Made by a program: the position numbers and the translations under genes. Under the pieces are notes generated by a model. That model saw nothing but the letters and a program-made list of their open reading frames with translations, searched no databases and was not told the origin of the DNA. DNA of 64,000 nt from Felis catus (Eukaryota): the NCBI RefSeq assembly GCF_018350175.1, contig NC_058374.1:48794001-48858000 (forward strand). Direction: 5' to 3'. Each line of letters begins with the position of its first letter. The stretch's first letter is position 1. Shown here one piece after another: positions 10,597 through 24,111 of this stretch.

Positions 10597-11622
10597 GTAA
10601 GACCAAATTAAAAAGAAGACTCTATTTTTTCCCCACAACCCTGCTTTGGTTTTGAGAAATTAGTGCTCATAAATGTAAACAGACTTACAAAGACTTCCAC
10701 CCTCTGCTCTATTTTCCTCTCTACCACAATCTTCGCTGAATCGTGTCCTTAGCCCTGGAATCCTTTCTCCCTCACCAACCAGGTCTGTGGTGACATTTAG
10801 CATGGCAAATGGGGCCTATCACAGCAAACTTCGACTTGACCTTCCAGACTCTTCTTGACCACTCCTCCTCACCAGCACACCCTGTGATTTAATCTGGAAT
10901 ACTAAAACACTGGCCATTGCCAGAACACAGAGTTTATTCAGTTTATTTGTATGGCAACAAATGTTATGCCTTCAGTTCTTTGCTTTTTTCTGGCCAAATT
11001 CTATTTATTCTTTAACATATGCTCATTTGTTAATTTCCTTTTGGACGCCATTACTGACTCTCTTATTAGACAAGTGTGATCATTACTTCTATGTTTGCAT
11101 TTCATACATTCAGCTATCACAACTTGTATTATTTTACACTACATTTGTTTACTTACATCTGTTCTTAGGGATTGAAGTCCCTCAAAGAAAATTTATTATT
11201 TTTTCCCTAATTCCCTATGCTCAATACGATGCCTGACATATAGTAAATGCTTTGCTAAATGCTTTTGGATAACTGGTCAAATGGTAAATTGATCACTTTA
11301 ATGCCTTTCATACTGTGTTTTCATTCCAATTTCTATTTTTAAAAGTGGAACTTGACTAAATTGCCCCCATGATGGTGCTATTTGGTTCTCAGTTGTCAAA
11401 GGCTATATTCTCACAAGGGAAAAAAATCTCTCTCCAAGGGGACACGCTGTCTGAAAACAGCCTGAGTGACATCGCCTTTGCCCTGGGTCAATGCAAATTA
11501 AAGGTGTTTCACAAAGACAAAAACCTAAACCTCTTCTTCCCCTTTCATCAGGAAACTATATGAGTAATTCCAAGATCTTTTCACTCTTTCAGCTAATTTT
11601 TAATTTTTCTTTTTTCCCCCAG

Positions 11623-11663
11623 GTTTGGAGATGACATTCCAGGCATGGAGGGGCTAGGAACAG
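11623..11663 (+). CDS. PDE6H: PDE6H second coding exon (41 nt)
   Basis: ttttttcccccag acceptor; (G)FGDDIPGMEGLGT; donor GTGAGC; phases 2 and 1 fit the neighbouring exons. Confidence 0.98.
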
Positions 11664-12219
11664 GTGAGCCACCAAAAGATGTGGACTTTCACTCGGAATT
11701 TCACTACTATACACACTTTAGGCCTCAAAGGGCTGTGAAAAGTTAAAAGAAATACCTGAGGCAGCAGATCCTTGAAGGCGTAGAAATGTGGGGTTTAATT
11801 TTACCTCCTAAGTAAGTGCACGTGTGCCCAGGAGAAACACACCTACAGGAATCAAGCTAAGGCCCAGAGTTACTAAACCCTCTTCTGTTAAGCAACTCTT
11901 GAGGACATATAATGGTTGAGTCGTAGACTTTCAATGTAGAAAGATTCTCAGGGTTAGTCCATCCCAACTTCATTATTTCTTCAGAAGAGAAACCTGAGGC
12001 AGAGAGAAATTAAGGGACAATCTGAGGCCCCCGAGTGAGATATTGGAAAAAAGGGTGGGGCCTGGCAAACCACTCTGTAACCAACTTCCTCTTTTTACAC
12101 ATCCTCCAGCACCCAGAGCAGGGCCTGCACCCTGAATGTATCCAATACAAAATTTCGGTTGACTAGAATAACTTGATTTGTTGGCTAATGAACACAAATC
12201 ACCAGATATTCCTTTTAAT

Positions 12220-12870
12220 AATATTAAACTTTATTTTTTAGAGCAGTTTTAGGGTGACAGAAAATTTAAGCAGAAAGTATGGAGCTCCTACATGCCCCCT
12301 CTGCCACCTTCCTCCTCTTGCACATAGTTTCCCCTATTATTAGCATCCTGCTTGAGTGTGGCACATTTGTTACGATTGGTGAACCAGTATTGGTAACATT
12401 TTTATCAACTAACACCCATAGTTTATATTAGGATTCATTCTTTGTGTTGTCCAGTTCTATGGGTTTTGACAAATGCGCAACGTTGTGTATCCATCATTAC
12501 AGGTATATACAGAATATATGCTCTAAAAATCCCCTGTGTTCCATCTGTTCATCCCTCCTCCCACCTCCCCAAACTCTTAACAACCACAAATCTTTCTACT
12601 CTCAAGGGTTTTGCCTTTTCCAGATTGTCATATGGTTGGAATCACACAATATACAGATTTTCCAGACTGATTTCTTTCACTTAGCAATGTTTATTCATTT
12701 AAGGTTCCTCCATGTCCTATGTGGCTTGACAGCTCATTTCTTTTTACCACTGAATAATATTTCATTAAATGGCTGTATCAGAGTTTGCTTATTTTATTGA
12801 AAGACATTTTGTTGCCTCCAAGTTTCACAATTATGAATAATACTGCCATGAATACAATTGTGCATGTTTT
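12220..12870 (-). mobile_element. L1M 3' end fragment in the last PDE6H intron
   Basis: Antisense L1M 3'UTR motifs (tgtggcacatttgttacgattggtgaacc, ggaatcacacaatatacag). Confidence 0.8.
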
Positions 12871-13891
12871 TGTGTGAACATGCCTTAAACTCACCCAATA
12901 TTCTTTTGACAAATGATATAATTGGCAATCAGTGTCCTTACCAGGCAATTCTCAGTGTGCTTGCTTTTTGCAGTCAAGTGCCACCCCTGGGATCTCAAAT
13001 TCATTTTCTAGCCCCTTTATAGAGCTCATTTCGCTGTTCTCCTAAATCAACTGCTTCCGTATTTTGGCCAGGTGTATAGAAGACCGGTAGGTTTGCTTTG
13101 GGCTTATGTTTAACTCTGCCAACATATTTGGAATACTAGAAAGAGCTTTACACTGAAGGGAGATTTGAGATCTTTGGCTTGGTTCTAGTCCCATCCTTGT
13201 AACTCCGATTTTTTTTTTTTTATAGGTTTTTAATCTCTTTAGGTTCCAGTCAGCTTGTCTGTAATCCAGGGATAATAGTATTTTATTGCCTGAAGCGAAA
13301 AATTGGATTAGTAGATGTCTTGAGATTATTTCTCAGTACGTGATTGGGCATTGTAGGCATTTCAAAATGTAAAGGAACAAAAGAGTGCATCAGAGAAGCC
13401 CAAGGAATGCATCTGAATTGGTAGGGGGTAAGAAGGCAGTGGATTTCCAGATTGTGGGGATTTAAAGTGCTTCTATTTCCCATTTTAACCCTTGGCCTGA
13501 CTAGAATTCCACTTGTGTTCCTTCCATAGTGGTTGTGCTTTGGGGAGACCCCGTTTGATCAGTGATATGCACCCCCTCAGGCTAGCTCCAGTCAAAAGCC
13601 TTGGGTAATCTCTTCAAAGAGGTACAGAATGAAACTGAGCCTTTCATTCTGTACCTATGTGAAGATGCCTACTAAGTGGAGTCTGTTCTGGGGGCATCAG
13701 AACCCAATTGGTCTGATCCTTTCTGGGCTGCAGGGCCATTCTAGATAACTTCCTGGTTGCTGAGACAACAAGTAGGAGAGAGGAGTGAGGTGTCTCTGCC
13801 CAAAGGATGTCTTTCTGAGCAGAAGAGGCTCTGAAGGGTTGGGGTGGTGGTGGTGAGGCAGACTTACAAGTTCTTCTTCCCTCTTCTGCAG

Positions 13892-13968
13892 ATATCACGG
13901 TGATTTGCCCCTGGGAGGCGTTCAGCCACCTGGAATTGCATGAGCTTGCTCAGTTTGGGATCATCTGA
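13892..13968 (+). CDS. PDE6H: PDE6H last coding exon
   Basis: ctcttctgcag acceptor; [28 protein letters not shown] (13966-13968). Total CDS is 134+41+77=252 nt = 83 aa plus stop, with the conserved PDE6-inhibitory C-terminus. Confidence 0.98.
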
Positions 13969-14353
13969 TGCACCTGAGGTTCTGCCACTTTCAACAGCAT
14001 CTGCTCTAATTTTGCTTACTTTTGCCCTATTGATCTGCCAGAGTCTTGAAATTCAGCTGTTCGGAAGTGGTTTCTTCAGCTTACACAGTCATTTCCCCCT
14101 AAATTGCTATGAAGAGTTCTCTTGGTGTGAGATTCTCTCTTGCCCTATATAGTTCAGCTCAGAACAGTGGATGCAAATAGACTTTTGTTAGGACATTTCA
14201 AATTTCCTATCAGCTGGTTAGAATTCAGTGATAGTTCTTGAAATTTTGTTTATCTGTTAAGCCCTTCAAATTTAGTTTTTACCAGGCAGTCCCTACAATT
14301 AATAGTAGTTTTTAAGATAACATTTTTGTCACCCCCCCTTCCCCTTCTCATTT

Positions 14354-14506
14354 AATAAAGGAGATACTTACCTTGAACCTTATGATGAAGTCGTATTAAA
14401 TGCTATATGCAAATATCTGATGCCCTCTTCTGAAAGTCAGTTCAGCAAAGAGGGCACAGTCGTACAGGAAATAAACACAAAGCATGCAAAAGAGCATAGG
14501 AATAAA
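14354..14506 (+). terminator. PDE6H: PDE6H polyadenylation signal cluster
   Basis: AATAAA 14354-14359, ATTAAA 14395-14400, AATAAA 14470-14475, AATAAA 14501-14506; first canonical hexamers after the stop codon. Confidence 0.6.
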
Positions 14507-15302
14507 GTCAAGTTCTGATTCCACTTTGTAACTTGTAAATCGTACATTTTCTGTGTCTAAATTTGGAGACGGAAACTCAGGATTCTGTTAATGTGAACCT
14601 TCCTTTTAGTGTCCTGGCTCAGTTGATTGAAAATATTTATATGCTACGGAATTTAGACTCAGGTGGGACAGGTAGTTGAACCCTCTGAATAAAATGATGG
14701 TTTGCTTCACCTCTGAGGTTGTGTCAAATGTAATGTGCACATAGCCATCTTTCCCCAATACTTTCACGGCAATTGTGCAATTCAATTGCTGCCCCTACGT
14801 GACCTGGATGCCTTGGGTACTAGCAGTATTGATTTCTTCATTTCAGTTTCGTAATCTGTGGTAAAAGAATGGGGAAAATTAACTGAAAAGAAAGACAGGG
14901 TTACAGAGACAAAAGAAATCTGGGTTCTAATCCTGGCTTGACCAGTACATTACTCTGCAATTTTGGACAAAAATCTTTCGCCTTGGATCTTCTGGTTTGC
15001 CTGAATTAGGCCATCTAGGTTCACGGTATTGATAATTCCACAACTTTGAGGTCTGCAGAGTGTGAGTGTGAAAATCAAAGAAGCTCAGCATTCAAGAAAA
15101 TGTCTTGTGCTGCAGGCTCTGCACTGTTTTGCACAAATGACCTAGTTACCTCTGGCCAAAACATTTGAAGCCCAAGGGAGGAATCTGGATTGGTTGGGGG
15201 TAAGGAGATGTCCAGACCATGGGAATTTAAAGCACTCCTATGTTTCATTTTAATTCTTGGCCTGGCTAGAAGTCCATTGCTGTTCTTCCTTAGTAGAAAA
15301 GA

Positions 15303-15525
15303 GGGGTACCTGGGTGGCTCAGTTGGTTGGACATCCATCTTAGGTCATGATATCATGGTTCATGAGTTTGAGCCCCATGTTGGGCTCTATGCTGACAGCT
15401 AGGAGTCTGGAGCCTGCTTCGGATTCTGTGTCTCCCTCTCTCCCTGCTACTCTCCAGCTCATGCTCTGTCTCTCTCTGTCTCTCAGAAATAAACATTAAA
15501 AATTAAAAAAAAAAGAAAAGAAAAA
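15303..15525 (+). mobile_element. Can-SINE
   Basis: ggggtacctgggtggctcag head, (CT)n, A-tail. Confidence 0.92.
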
Positions 15526-16239
15526 GTACAGAAGAAAAAGTAAAGCATAAAATCTAAGAGTTGGAACTGTGACATGCAGGAAGTATAGTGATGATGTGTA
15601 GGCACTTCCCCTCCAGCAGGAAGTCCTGCTTCCACTCATGCTCCTATTTTCAAGTCAGAGACTCCACTTGATGGCCAGAGCCTCCGGGTGTGCTTGTTCA
15701 TTCCCGTGCCTTTCAGGTAGGGAGGTCTGGGTTCTTCTCCAGTTCAGTGAGATTTCTCCATTGGATTACTTTGCAAATGATTCTCTAAACATTTTAAGAA
15801 TGCACCCAGAGGAACATATTCAATGGTCAGGCTAGAGAAAGATCTAGAAACCATGCTGCATGAAAAATTGTTGAAGGAATTGATAATATTTAGGCTAGAT
15901 GAGAAAACCATAATTGCCAGCAAATATTTGAAAAGTTGTAATGAGTGGGATGAAGCAGGTCTATTTTATGAAGTATAGCATTTAGTGGTAAGCCAAATCA
16001 GATATAATTGAAAGCCATTCAAATTCTAGAATTTTGTCCTTTCCATTTCTAATTCTATGTCTACCATTTCTATTATTCCTAATAAGAAACAAGAAAACCT
16101 TTCTCATATAAATAGCACACATATGAAAGAGAATAAAGGTAAATCATGGTCTCCATCAAAGTCCTGGCAGCAGAAATGCCATACTCAGAGTAACTGAGGA
16201 AATTTTAACAAAGGAACTATTTAAGGTTTGGGGTGGGGA

Positions 16240-16538
16240 GAGTGCCTGGGTGGCTCAGTGGTCAGACTTCAGCTCATTCATGATCTCGTAGTTCATGAGT
16301 TCAAGTCCAGTGTTGGGCTCTGGACAGCTTGGAGCCTGGAGCCTGCTTTGGATTCTGTGTCTCCCCCTCTCTCTACCCCTTTCCTGATCATGCTCTGTTG
16401 TCTCTCTCTCAAAAATAAATAAACATTACAAAATTTTTTTAAACGCTTGGAAAAGGCCTGGCTGGCTCAGTGGGTAGAACATGTGACTCTTGAGCTTGAG
16501 TTCATTAGTTCAAGTCCCACATTGGGTGTAGAGCTACC

Positions 16539-16567
<29 letters not shown>
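16240..16567 (+). mobile_element. Two tandem Can-SINEs: full-type 16240-16443 and short tRNA-like type 16455-16567
   Basis: Two heads (gtgcctgggtggctcag; ggcctggctggctcagtgggtagaac) and two A-rich tails. Confidence 0.88.
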
Positions 16568-16569
<2 letters not shown>

Positions 16570-16570
<1 letters not shown>

Positions 16571-17000
16571 GAGAGTAAGGTAAGAAGGCTTGGGAAGGGT
16601 TAAGGAATATCTAAAAAAGGTAGGACAGTAACTTGGGGCTGGCTGCAGTGTTGGAACTACAATATTTCAAACCCTAGGCCTGAAGGAATCCCAGTAGGTC
16701 TTCTCTATAAGAAAGGCCACTGAGGGGGCTGTAGAAGGACACAGCCACCTCACAGGGATCCTGTGAGTAATCATGAGGGAGTGGGGATGAGGCTGATAAA
16801 TAACCCAATGTTATTCTTCTCTCATTCTCTACTCTTCTGCGGATGCCTCCCATTAGATAAACCCAATTGGAAGTCAGAGGACAAAGGAGCCCATTGACAT
16901 TTCCTAAAGTTGATTCCAACAACAGGGATCAGGTGGAGAAGGGTAGAGAGTGGAGGGGCAAATGGGAATTATCCAACTGGGCACAGTATCAAAGAACAGA
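16570..17000. mobile_element. Old MaLR (MLT1-like) LTR fragment
   Basis: gatgcctcccatt...aaacccaattggaagtcagaggacaaaggagccc resembles old MLT1 LTRs. Confidence 0.5.
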
Positions 17001-18688
17001 AACCATTCATCCACCAGAGCTTGTTAGTTGGAGTTGGGAAATAAGCCTGTGTATGCGCAAAACCTAAGGTATATGTAAACCAAAGGTGGAGGAAGGATAA
17101 TGTCAGGCAGAACACAACAGAAAAAGAGAACAATCCCAGAAGGAAGTTACATAGCATTCCGCAATTTGGAGGATTTTTGAAATGTTCTAACACTTTCTTG
17201 ATAATAAAAACCATTGAGGATTTCTTGTTAAAAACACAAAATTTGGGCCACATTTTGGAATTTCTGAAGAAAAGTCTCCAAGGGTGAGATCTAAACATCT
17301 TTTGTTTTCAAGAAGGACTCCAGGTGATTCTCACATTTGTACCACCTTGAAAACACTGATGCCGTCCAAGCCTACGTTAGGAAATGTTAGGAATTAGAGA
17401 ATTCTAATAACATCCAGGTGACTGATTTCACTGGGCCTACTTGCCATAAAAACATATCTAATATATGTGAGAACAGGGGCTACCATTTATGTGTTCTGAC
17501 TCTTTTAGACTAATAGACATGCCTCATGACTTCAGACCTAACCCAGTTAAATGCTTCTCCAATTGTACAGAATGTCAGAGTTCAGAAGGTAAGTGTTAGA
17601 CTGAGGCAGTTCCAAGAAATATTGGGCCAAATAGGCACCATTACTTCTGGGGTGGACCTCTTACCATTGTCTCACATGGCCGCCCTCTGTGTAGTCAATG
17701 TCACTTTCTGTCCTCATTTGTCCCCTCTGACTGGAGTAGAGGGGACCAGGGAGGGAGAGAGCTTTGTCTCAGCAGGTGGAGGCCGTGACCTTCACTTATC
17801 CGTCACCCCTTTGTATTTGTTCCCATCAATGGGTAGAAGTTGGGGTTGATGGTGCTGGTGATGCAGGCAGCAACTCCCATTCTAGAGCTCAGGAGCGTTA
17901 AAGCAGAAAAAAGTGTGTAAGGAGGAAATGCTCTTCTGGAGGGTCCCAGTGTGGGGAAATATACACAGTTGTTACTAAACAATTGAGACTGTGCAGTTGA
18001 CCTCTAATATTTTTCTTTGCACCATGAGAAAAACAAGAATCGCTATAAACTGAGAAAAGGAGGGAGAGTATTTTCTCAACAACTAAAGAAGTGAAGGGAA
18101 AACACACATAGATAAGACTAATCAATAAGACTAATATCTTGCACAAGAGGAAAACCAATAACATAAGACTGGCAACACAACAACTAATATTATGAGAACA
18201 GAGATAATATGACACTGAATTTTTTTTTTTAAAGACGTATTTTATAAAAGGCTAGAGGGAAAGGCTTATTTACACAAGCCACAAAAATCACGTATGTGTA
18301 TAAACTAGCACAGTGCTTTCTGCAACTCAAAATGAAGTATTTGACTTTCTTCTTTTTCAAGGGCAGAGCCAGACTGATGAAAACTGAAATTTAAAACCAG
18401 ATTCATAAACCGATTGTGCGCATCAGTCACACCATGTCCTTATGATAAAATAATCATGAGGCTCGGGTTCTGCCTGGCTGAGCTGCACAGGATCCGCTAG
18501 ACATTTTCTTGGTCTCAGTGTTTGAGAATAAAGCAAAGATATTGGATTAAATAATTGCTAAGGTCCCTTGCAGCTCAAAATTCTAAAAACCAAGTAATAA
18601 ATCTAAGCATATTTCGAACATGAAGAAACCGTTCTCTTTCTGGCCAGAAGTCCTAAGGCGCTGTTTCCAGCTCTTTTCATGTATAACA

Positions 18689-18702
18689 CTGCCACCTGCT
18701 GT
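18689..18702 (-). promoter_or_regulatory. Candidate CTCF site
   Basis: Minus strand ACAGCAGGTGGCAG(TG), 13/14 match to the common CTCF core CCAGCAGGTGGCAG. Confidence 0.5.
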
Positions 18703-19432
18703 GATGAATGAACACTTCATGAACTTGAAGACCATTTGCAATGGAAAACTTTTAATTTCATTGAGCTAGTTCTGAATTTCTTCCCACTCATTGGCCAACT
18801 TAAAATGGACCACTTGGTTATTCATGTGTATCAAGTGCATGTTTATTCAGGCATAAGATAAACATTAAAGGAGTATACATGCGAATGAGGTTTCATTTAC
18901 CCAATGCTTTCTGTCTCCCTCCTGTTCTTAGTCAATCCTTGTTATTAGTTTGTTGTACATACTTCCAGAGACATTGTTATGTGTATATATTGTTTTCTTT
19001 GCACAGTGATAGCATACTATATTCACTATTCTATACCTTGCTTTTCCACCTATCTTATCTTGGGGATTGCTTCATGTTTGTTCATTTTCATACACCTCAT
19101 AGGTTCCATTTATATGATTGAATTCTAATTCACTTATTTAGTCTCATACTGATGGACGTTTTGGATATGTTTAGACTCTTATGTCTTTCATTAATTGTCT
19201 GCACATGTATGACACTTTTGCACATATTTATCTCCAGGGCAAATTCTTAGTAGTAGAATGGATAGATTCTGAAGGAAAGAGATTGCCAAATTAGCCTCCA
19301 AATAATTTGTAATCACTAACACAAAATACACAATTATATACACTTTCCCTAACACTCTGGTCTACACAGAATATTATTAAATTTTTATTTTGCCTGAGAG
19401 TGAGCAAGTTTTCATGTTTAAAAATCACTTTT

Positions 19433-19660
19433 GGGGTGTCTGGGTGGTTCAGTTGGTTAAGCATCAGACTTCGGCTCAGATAATGATCTAACCGTTCATG
19501 AGTTCGAGCCCCATGTCAGGTTCTGTGCTGACAGCTTGTAGCCTGGAGCCTGCTTTGGATTCTGTGTCTCCCTCTCTCTCTGCCCCTCCCCTGCTCATGC
19601 GCTCTCTCTCTCTCTCTCTCTCTCAAAAATAAACATTAAAAAATGTTTTTAAACAAATAA
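19433..19660 (+). mobile_element. Can-SINE with TSD
   Basis: TSD aaaaatcactttt at 19420-19432 and 19661-19673. Confidence 0.95.
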
Positions 19661-19879
19661 AAAAATCACTTTTGCATCTTTATAAATTGTCTTCTTAAGT
19701 GCTTTGCCTGTTTTCCAATAAAATGATTGATCTTTGTACTGAATTATAAGATACTGATCTCTATTTTCCTATCAATCTATCTGAATGGAAATATTTATCT
19801 TTATCTGTAGTAAAAACATTTTTCCTATTTGGTTTCTTAGTTTTTTATTTTCCTTTATATTATTTTTTATCAGGTAGAC

Positions 19880-20123
19880 ATTTATTTATTTATTTATTTG
19901 TTTGTTATCTATTTATATTTTGAGAGAGAGAGATAGGGAGAGAGTGCCCACATGCATGCAAGAGGGGGAGGGGCAGAGAGAAAGGAAGAGAGAGAATTCC
20001 AAGCAGGCTTCACTCTGTCAGCACAGAGCCTAACATGAGGCTCGATCTCATGAACCCTGAGATCATGACCTGAGCAGAAATCAAGACTTGGTCACTTAAC
20101 TGACTAAGTCACCAAGGCGCCCC
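19880..20123 (-). mobile_element. Can-SINE
   Basis: (ATTT)n tail, (GA)n, ends caccaaggcgcccc. Confidence 0.92.
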
Positions 20124-20589
20124 TGATTTTAATGACCTCTGTATAGTTTTGTTTTACTTAGGTTTTTCCCATTCCAAATTTGCAAAAAAAATTTTCATGT
20201 TTTCTCCCAAGTTTTTTCTTTCATGTTTTACTTAAAATCTTGGATTCATCTGAAAGTTATTATTGTAGGATGTATTTTTTCCCAGGTAAACAGCCATATA
20301 TCCTAATGGGATTTATTTATTTAACAATCCATGTTCCCATTAATTTACTGAATTGCTGTATTTATCACAGTGGCTCTATTTCTGTCATTTTATGTTGATC
20401 TATTTCTAAATAGCTACCCACTTCAGACTATGTTATAAGACCTGAGAAAACTTCCATTGCCTCATTATGATTCTTTTTCATATATTTTCTGGGTATTATT
20501 GCATATTTATTTTTTCATGTATAATTTAGAATCAGCTTGTCTAGCTCCTTCCACTCTCATCCTGTGTGTGAACCCTCCTAAAAAATTAC

Positions 20590-22790
20590 CTTGGAATTCT
20601 TTTTATTGTGGTAAAAAACACATATAAAATTTACCCTCTTACATTTTTGTGTACAATATTGTTAACTATAAGTACAATGTTGTATAGCAGATTCCTAGAA
20701 ATGGCTCACCTTGTATGACTAAAACTCTACACCTATTAAATAGCAGCTTCCCAATACCCACCCCCAACCTGACCCTGGTAACCACCATTCTATTTTGTCT
20801 TNNNNNNNNNNNNNNNNNNNNNNNNNNNNNNNNNNNNNNNNNNNNNNNNNNNNNNNNNNNNNNNNNNNNNNNNNNNNNNNNNNNNNNNNNNNNNNNNNNN
20901 NNNNNNNNNNNNNNNNNNNNNNNNNNNNNATTCATTCTTCTATCAATAGACATTTAGCTTGTTTCCACCTTCTAGCTATTGTGCATAATGCTTCAATAAA
21001 CATGGAGGGGTGTGCAAATGTCTCTTTGAGATGCTAATTCAAATATTTTGGATCATATGATAGGTCTGTTTATTTTTGGGGGGGCTTCCACACTTTTCCA
21101 TAGGAGCTTCACCATTTTACCTTCCCACCAAAAGTGCACAAAGCTTCCAACTTCTCCACATCCTTGCAAACACTGATTTTCTGGGACATTTTTTTGTTTG
21201 TTTATTTTTTATAATGGTTATACTAACAGGTATGAAATAATATCTTATTTGTGGTTCTGATTTGCATTTCACTCATGTTTTGTGATGTTGAGTATGGTTT
21301 AGTGAGGTTTTCACATACCTGTTGGCCATTTGTTATGTTTTCTTTGGAGAAATGTCTATTCAAGTCCTTTGTCCATTTATTAATCAAGTTATTTGGGATT
21401 TCTTTTTCTTTCTTTTTTTTTCTTTTTTTTTTTTTTGGTATTGAATTGTAAGAGTTCATTATGGGCATTAATCTCTTACCAGANNNNNNNNNNNNNNNNN
21501 NNNNNNNNNNNNNNNNNNNNNNNNNNNNNNNNNNNNNNNNNNNNNNNNNNNNNNNNNNNNNNNNNNNNNNNNNNNNNNNNNNNNNNNNNNNNNNNNNNNN
21601 NNNNNNNNNNNNNNNNNNNNNNNNNNNNNNNNTGAAATCATTACCAAGACCAATGTTATGAAAGATGTCGTCTAGGTTTTCTTCTAGGAATATTATGGTT
21701 TTAGGTCTTTAAGTCTTGATACTCATTTTGAGTTGATTTTTATGAATGGTGAAATATAGGGTTCAATTTCATACTTTTGCATGTGGATATACAGTTTCCC
21801 CATCACCATTGTTGAAGAGACTATCTTTCCTCATTGGGTACTATGGCACCCTTGTTGACCATTTGACTGTATTGGTTTACTTTTGGGCATTCTATTCTGC
21901 TCCATTGATCTATATGTCTGTGGTTATGCCAATACCACATTGTTTTGATTACTGGGGTCTTGTAATATGTTTTCAAATGAGGAAGTCTTGGGTCTCCATG
22001 TTTGCCCTTTTTCAAGATCATTTTGGCTATTGGGGGACCTTTGTGATTCTAGATGCAATTAGGGATTATTTTTTATATNNNNNNNNNNNNNNNNNNNNNN
22101 NNNNNNNNNNNNNNNNNNNNNNNNNNNNNNNNNNNNNNNNNNNNNNNNNNNNNNNNNNNNNNNNNNNNNNNNNNNNNNNNNNNNNNNNNNNNNNNNNNNN
22201 NNNNNNNTTATCCATTCAATCACTCTATGTCTTTTCACTGGAGAATGTAATCCATTTTCATTTCTGATAAGGAAGGACTTACTATTGCTCTTTTGTTAAA
22301 TGTTTTTTGTCTGTCTTGTAGCTTTTTTGCCCTGTCTTCCTCTCTTGCTAATTTCTTTTTTATTTCATTGATTTTATATAGTGATATGCTTTGATTCTTT
22401 TCTTATTTTTTTTTGTATATTATATAAGTAATTTTTTTCTGGTTATCATACTTATAATAATCTATTTTAAGCTGATATCTTAAACTTCAATGGCATACAA
22501 ATACTTTACACTTTTACTCCCCTTTTCTATGTTATTGATGTCGCAAATTACATCTTTTCATATTGTGTATCCCTGAACGTATTTTTATAGTTATAGTTCT
22601 ATTTTTGTATTTTAACTTCTATACCAGAATAAAGGTGATTAACATATGACCATTACAGTATTACAATATTCTTTATTTTTCTCTATATTTACTGTTATCA
22701 GTAAGGTTTATATTTTCATATGCTTTTGTGTTGCTGTCTAGTGTCTTTTTGTTTTCATTTGAAGAACTTCCCTTCTATTTCTTGAAAGGT
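20590..22790 (-). mobile_element. L1 3' portion (ORF2 C-terminus and 3'UTR) with three N gaps
   Basis: ORF 21821..22021(-) [32 protein letters not shown] matches L1 ORF2p LPDFKLYYKATVxKTxWYWxxxRxIDQWNR; NNLINKWTKDLNRHFSKE is also ORF2p. Confidence 0.92.
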
Positions 22791-24111
22791 ATTGTGTCTG
22801 TTTACAAAATGTTGGACCAAATAAAGTGCTGACCTTGAGTGGAACAAATTAGTTTTTGAAAATAAGCTGACATTTGCCAAAAGAAAAAAAAATACATATA
22901 CATCTTGGTATTTTCCAAATCCTCTCAACTTGAAATTATTTTATTTATTTATTTAGTTAGTTATTTTGGCCTGAATAATGTCATGGTGGAAGGTTGTGAG
23001 ATGCAGACAAGGAAGATAATGATCAGAACAGGAAAAAGAGGCAAATGGTATGCTTTGGTTATAGCAATTCAATAGACCCTCTGATAGGCATTTTTGGAGG
23101 CTTATTAGGATGAGACCCAGCCAAGACAAACTCAGGAGTCACAGAGATAAACAACTTGCTTCTCCAAATGTATTTTCTCATCTGTAAAGTGGAGAAAGTA
23201 GCATCTGTTTCATGGGGGTATTTCTTGAAGATTATATGAGATAAGAATGTAATACCAAGCTCATAGTAAATGCTCAATGATCACAGTATAATTGCTATTG
23301 TCATTGTTATTATTATCATGAATCTCTTGCTCTCAAGATGCTTATAGCCTAGCACAGGGCACGGTTTGATATGAAATCACACTGAAGGGAGCCATCAACT
23401 GCATGACAGTACTGGTAGATGTGTCTGTGGGGGATGAGTTTTGAAGTTAGGAAGAGTAATAATTTAGGTGAATCTGTCCATTGCTCTCCGTTTCTATAGT
23501 CTTCTGGATCAATTATTACAACCAACTTCAAATAATCCTTCTGTTCTCACCCCTGTCCCCCAATTCATCCTTCAGATTGCAGACATAATGTCTGTTTTCC
23601 CAGAACTTAGAATGTAAACTCCAAGAAAAAAGTGACCTTAAAGTATTATTCTTGGCTGTTTTCTCAGTGTCTGTCATGGAGTCAGGCAGACAGTAGGCAC
23701 TGAATAGATATTTGTTGAATTAATGAATAAGTAATGAAGTAAAAGACTCTGGCCCTAACATTGCTATCCTAGCCTAAAGGAACCCTCTTTCATGTTGACT
23801 TTGTATTCATGAGAGCTCACTTGGCAAAACTGGCAAAATATTATGCTGATCTAGATGAGCATTGTACTCTCAGCTGAAACTTCTACATATACTCTCTCTC
23901 TTCCTAAAAATCAAGAAACATCATGAACAATGTCAATTAAAGACATATCAACAGCACCTTGCTTGCATATCCTTCACTGGCTTAGCAGAAGTCTATTGAT
24001 TTATGTTTTCAGGAATCGCCATAGAGTAAATGAATGTTTTGTTTTCAATTAGAGACCACAAAGTTTTAGAGCATATTAGCTTTTGTTTTTAGCTCTATTA
24101 TGTAACATTCT

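Noticed and set aside
11491-14414. Three perfect ATGCAAAT octamers in and after PDE6H (11491, 14171, 14407)
   Set aside because: The window-wide count is only modestly above expectation for AT-rich DNA, and the grouping is post hoc.
16455-16545. tRNA-like sequence with A and B boxes (also 44530-44850)
   Set aside because: These are Can-SINE heads with A-tails, not cloverleaf-complete tRNA genes.
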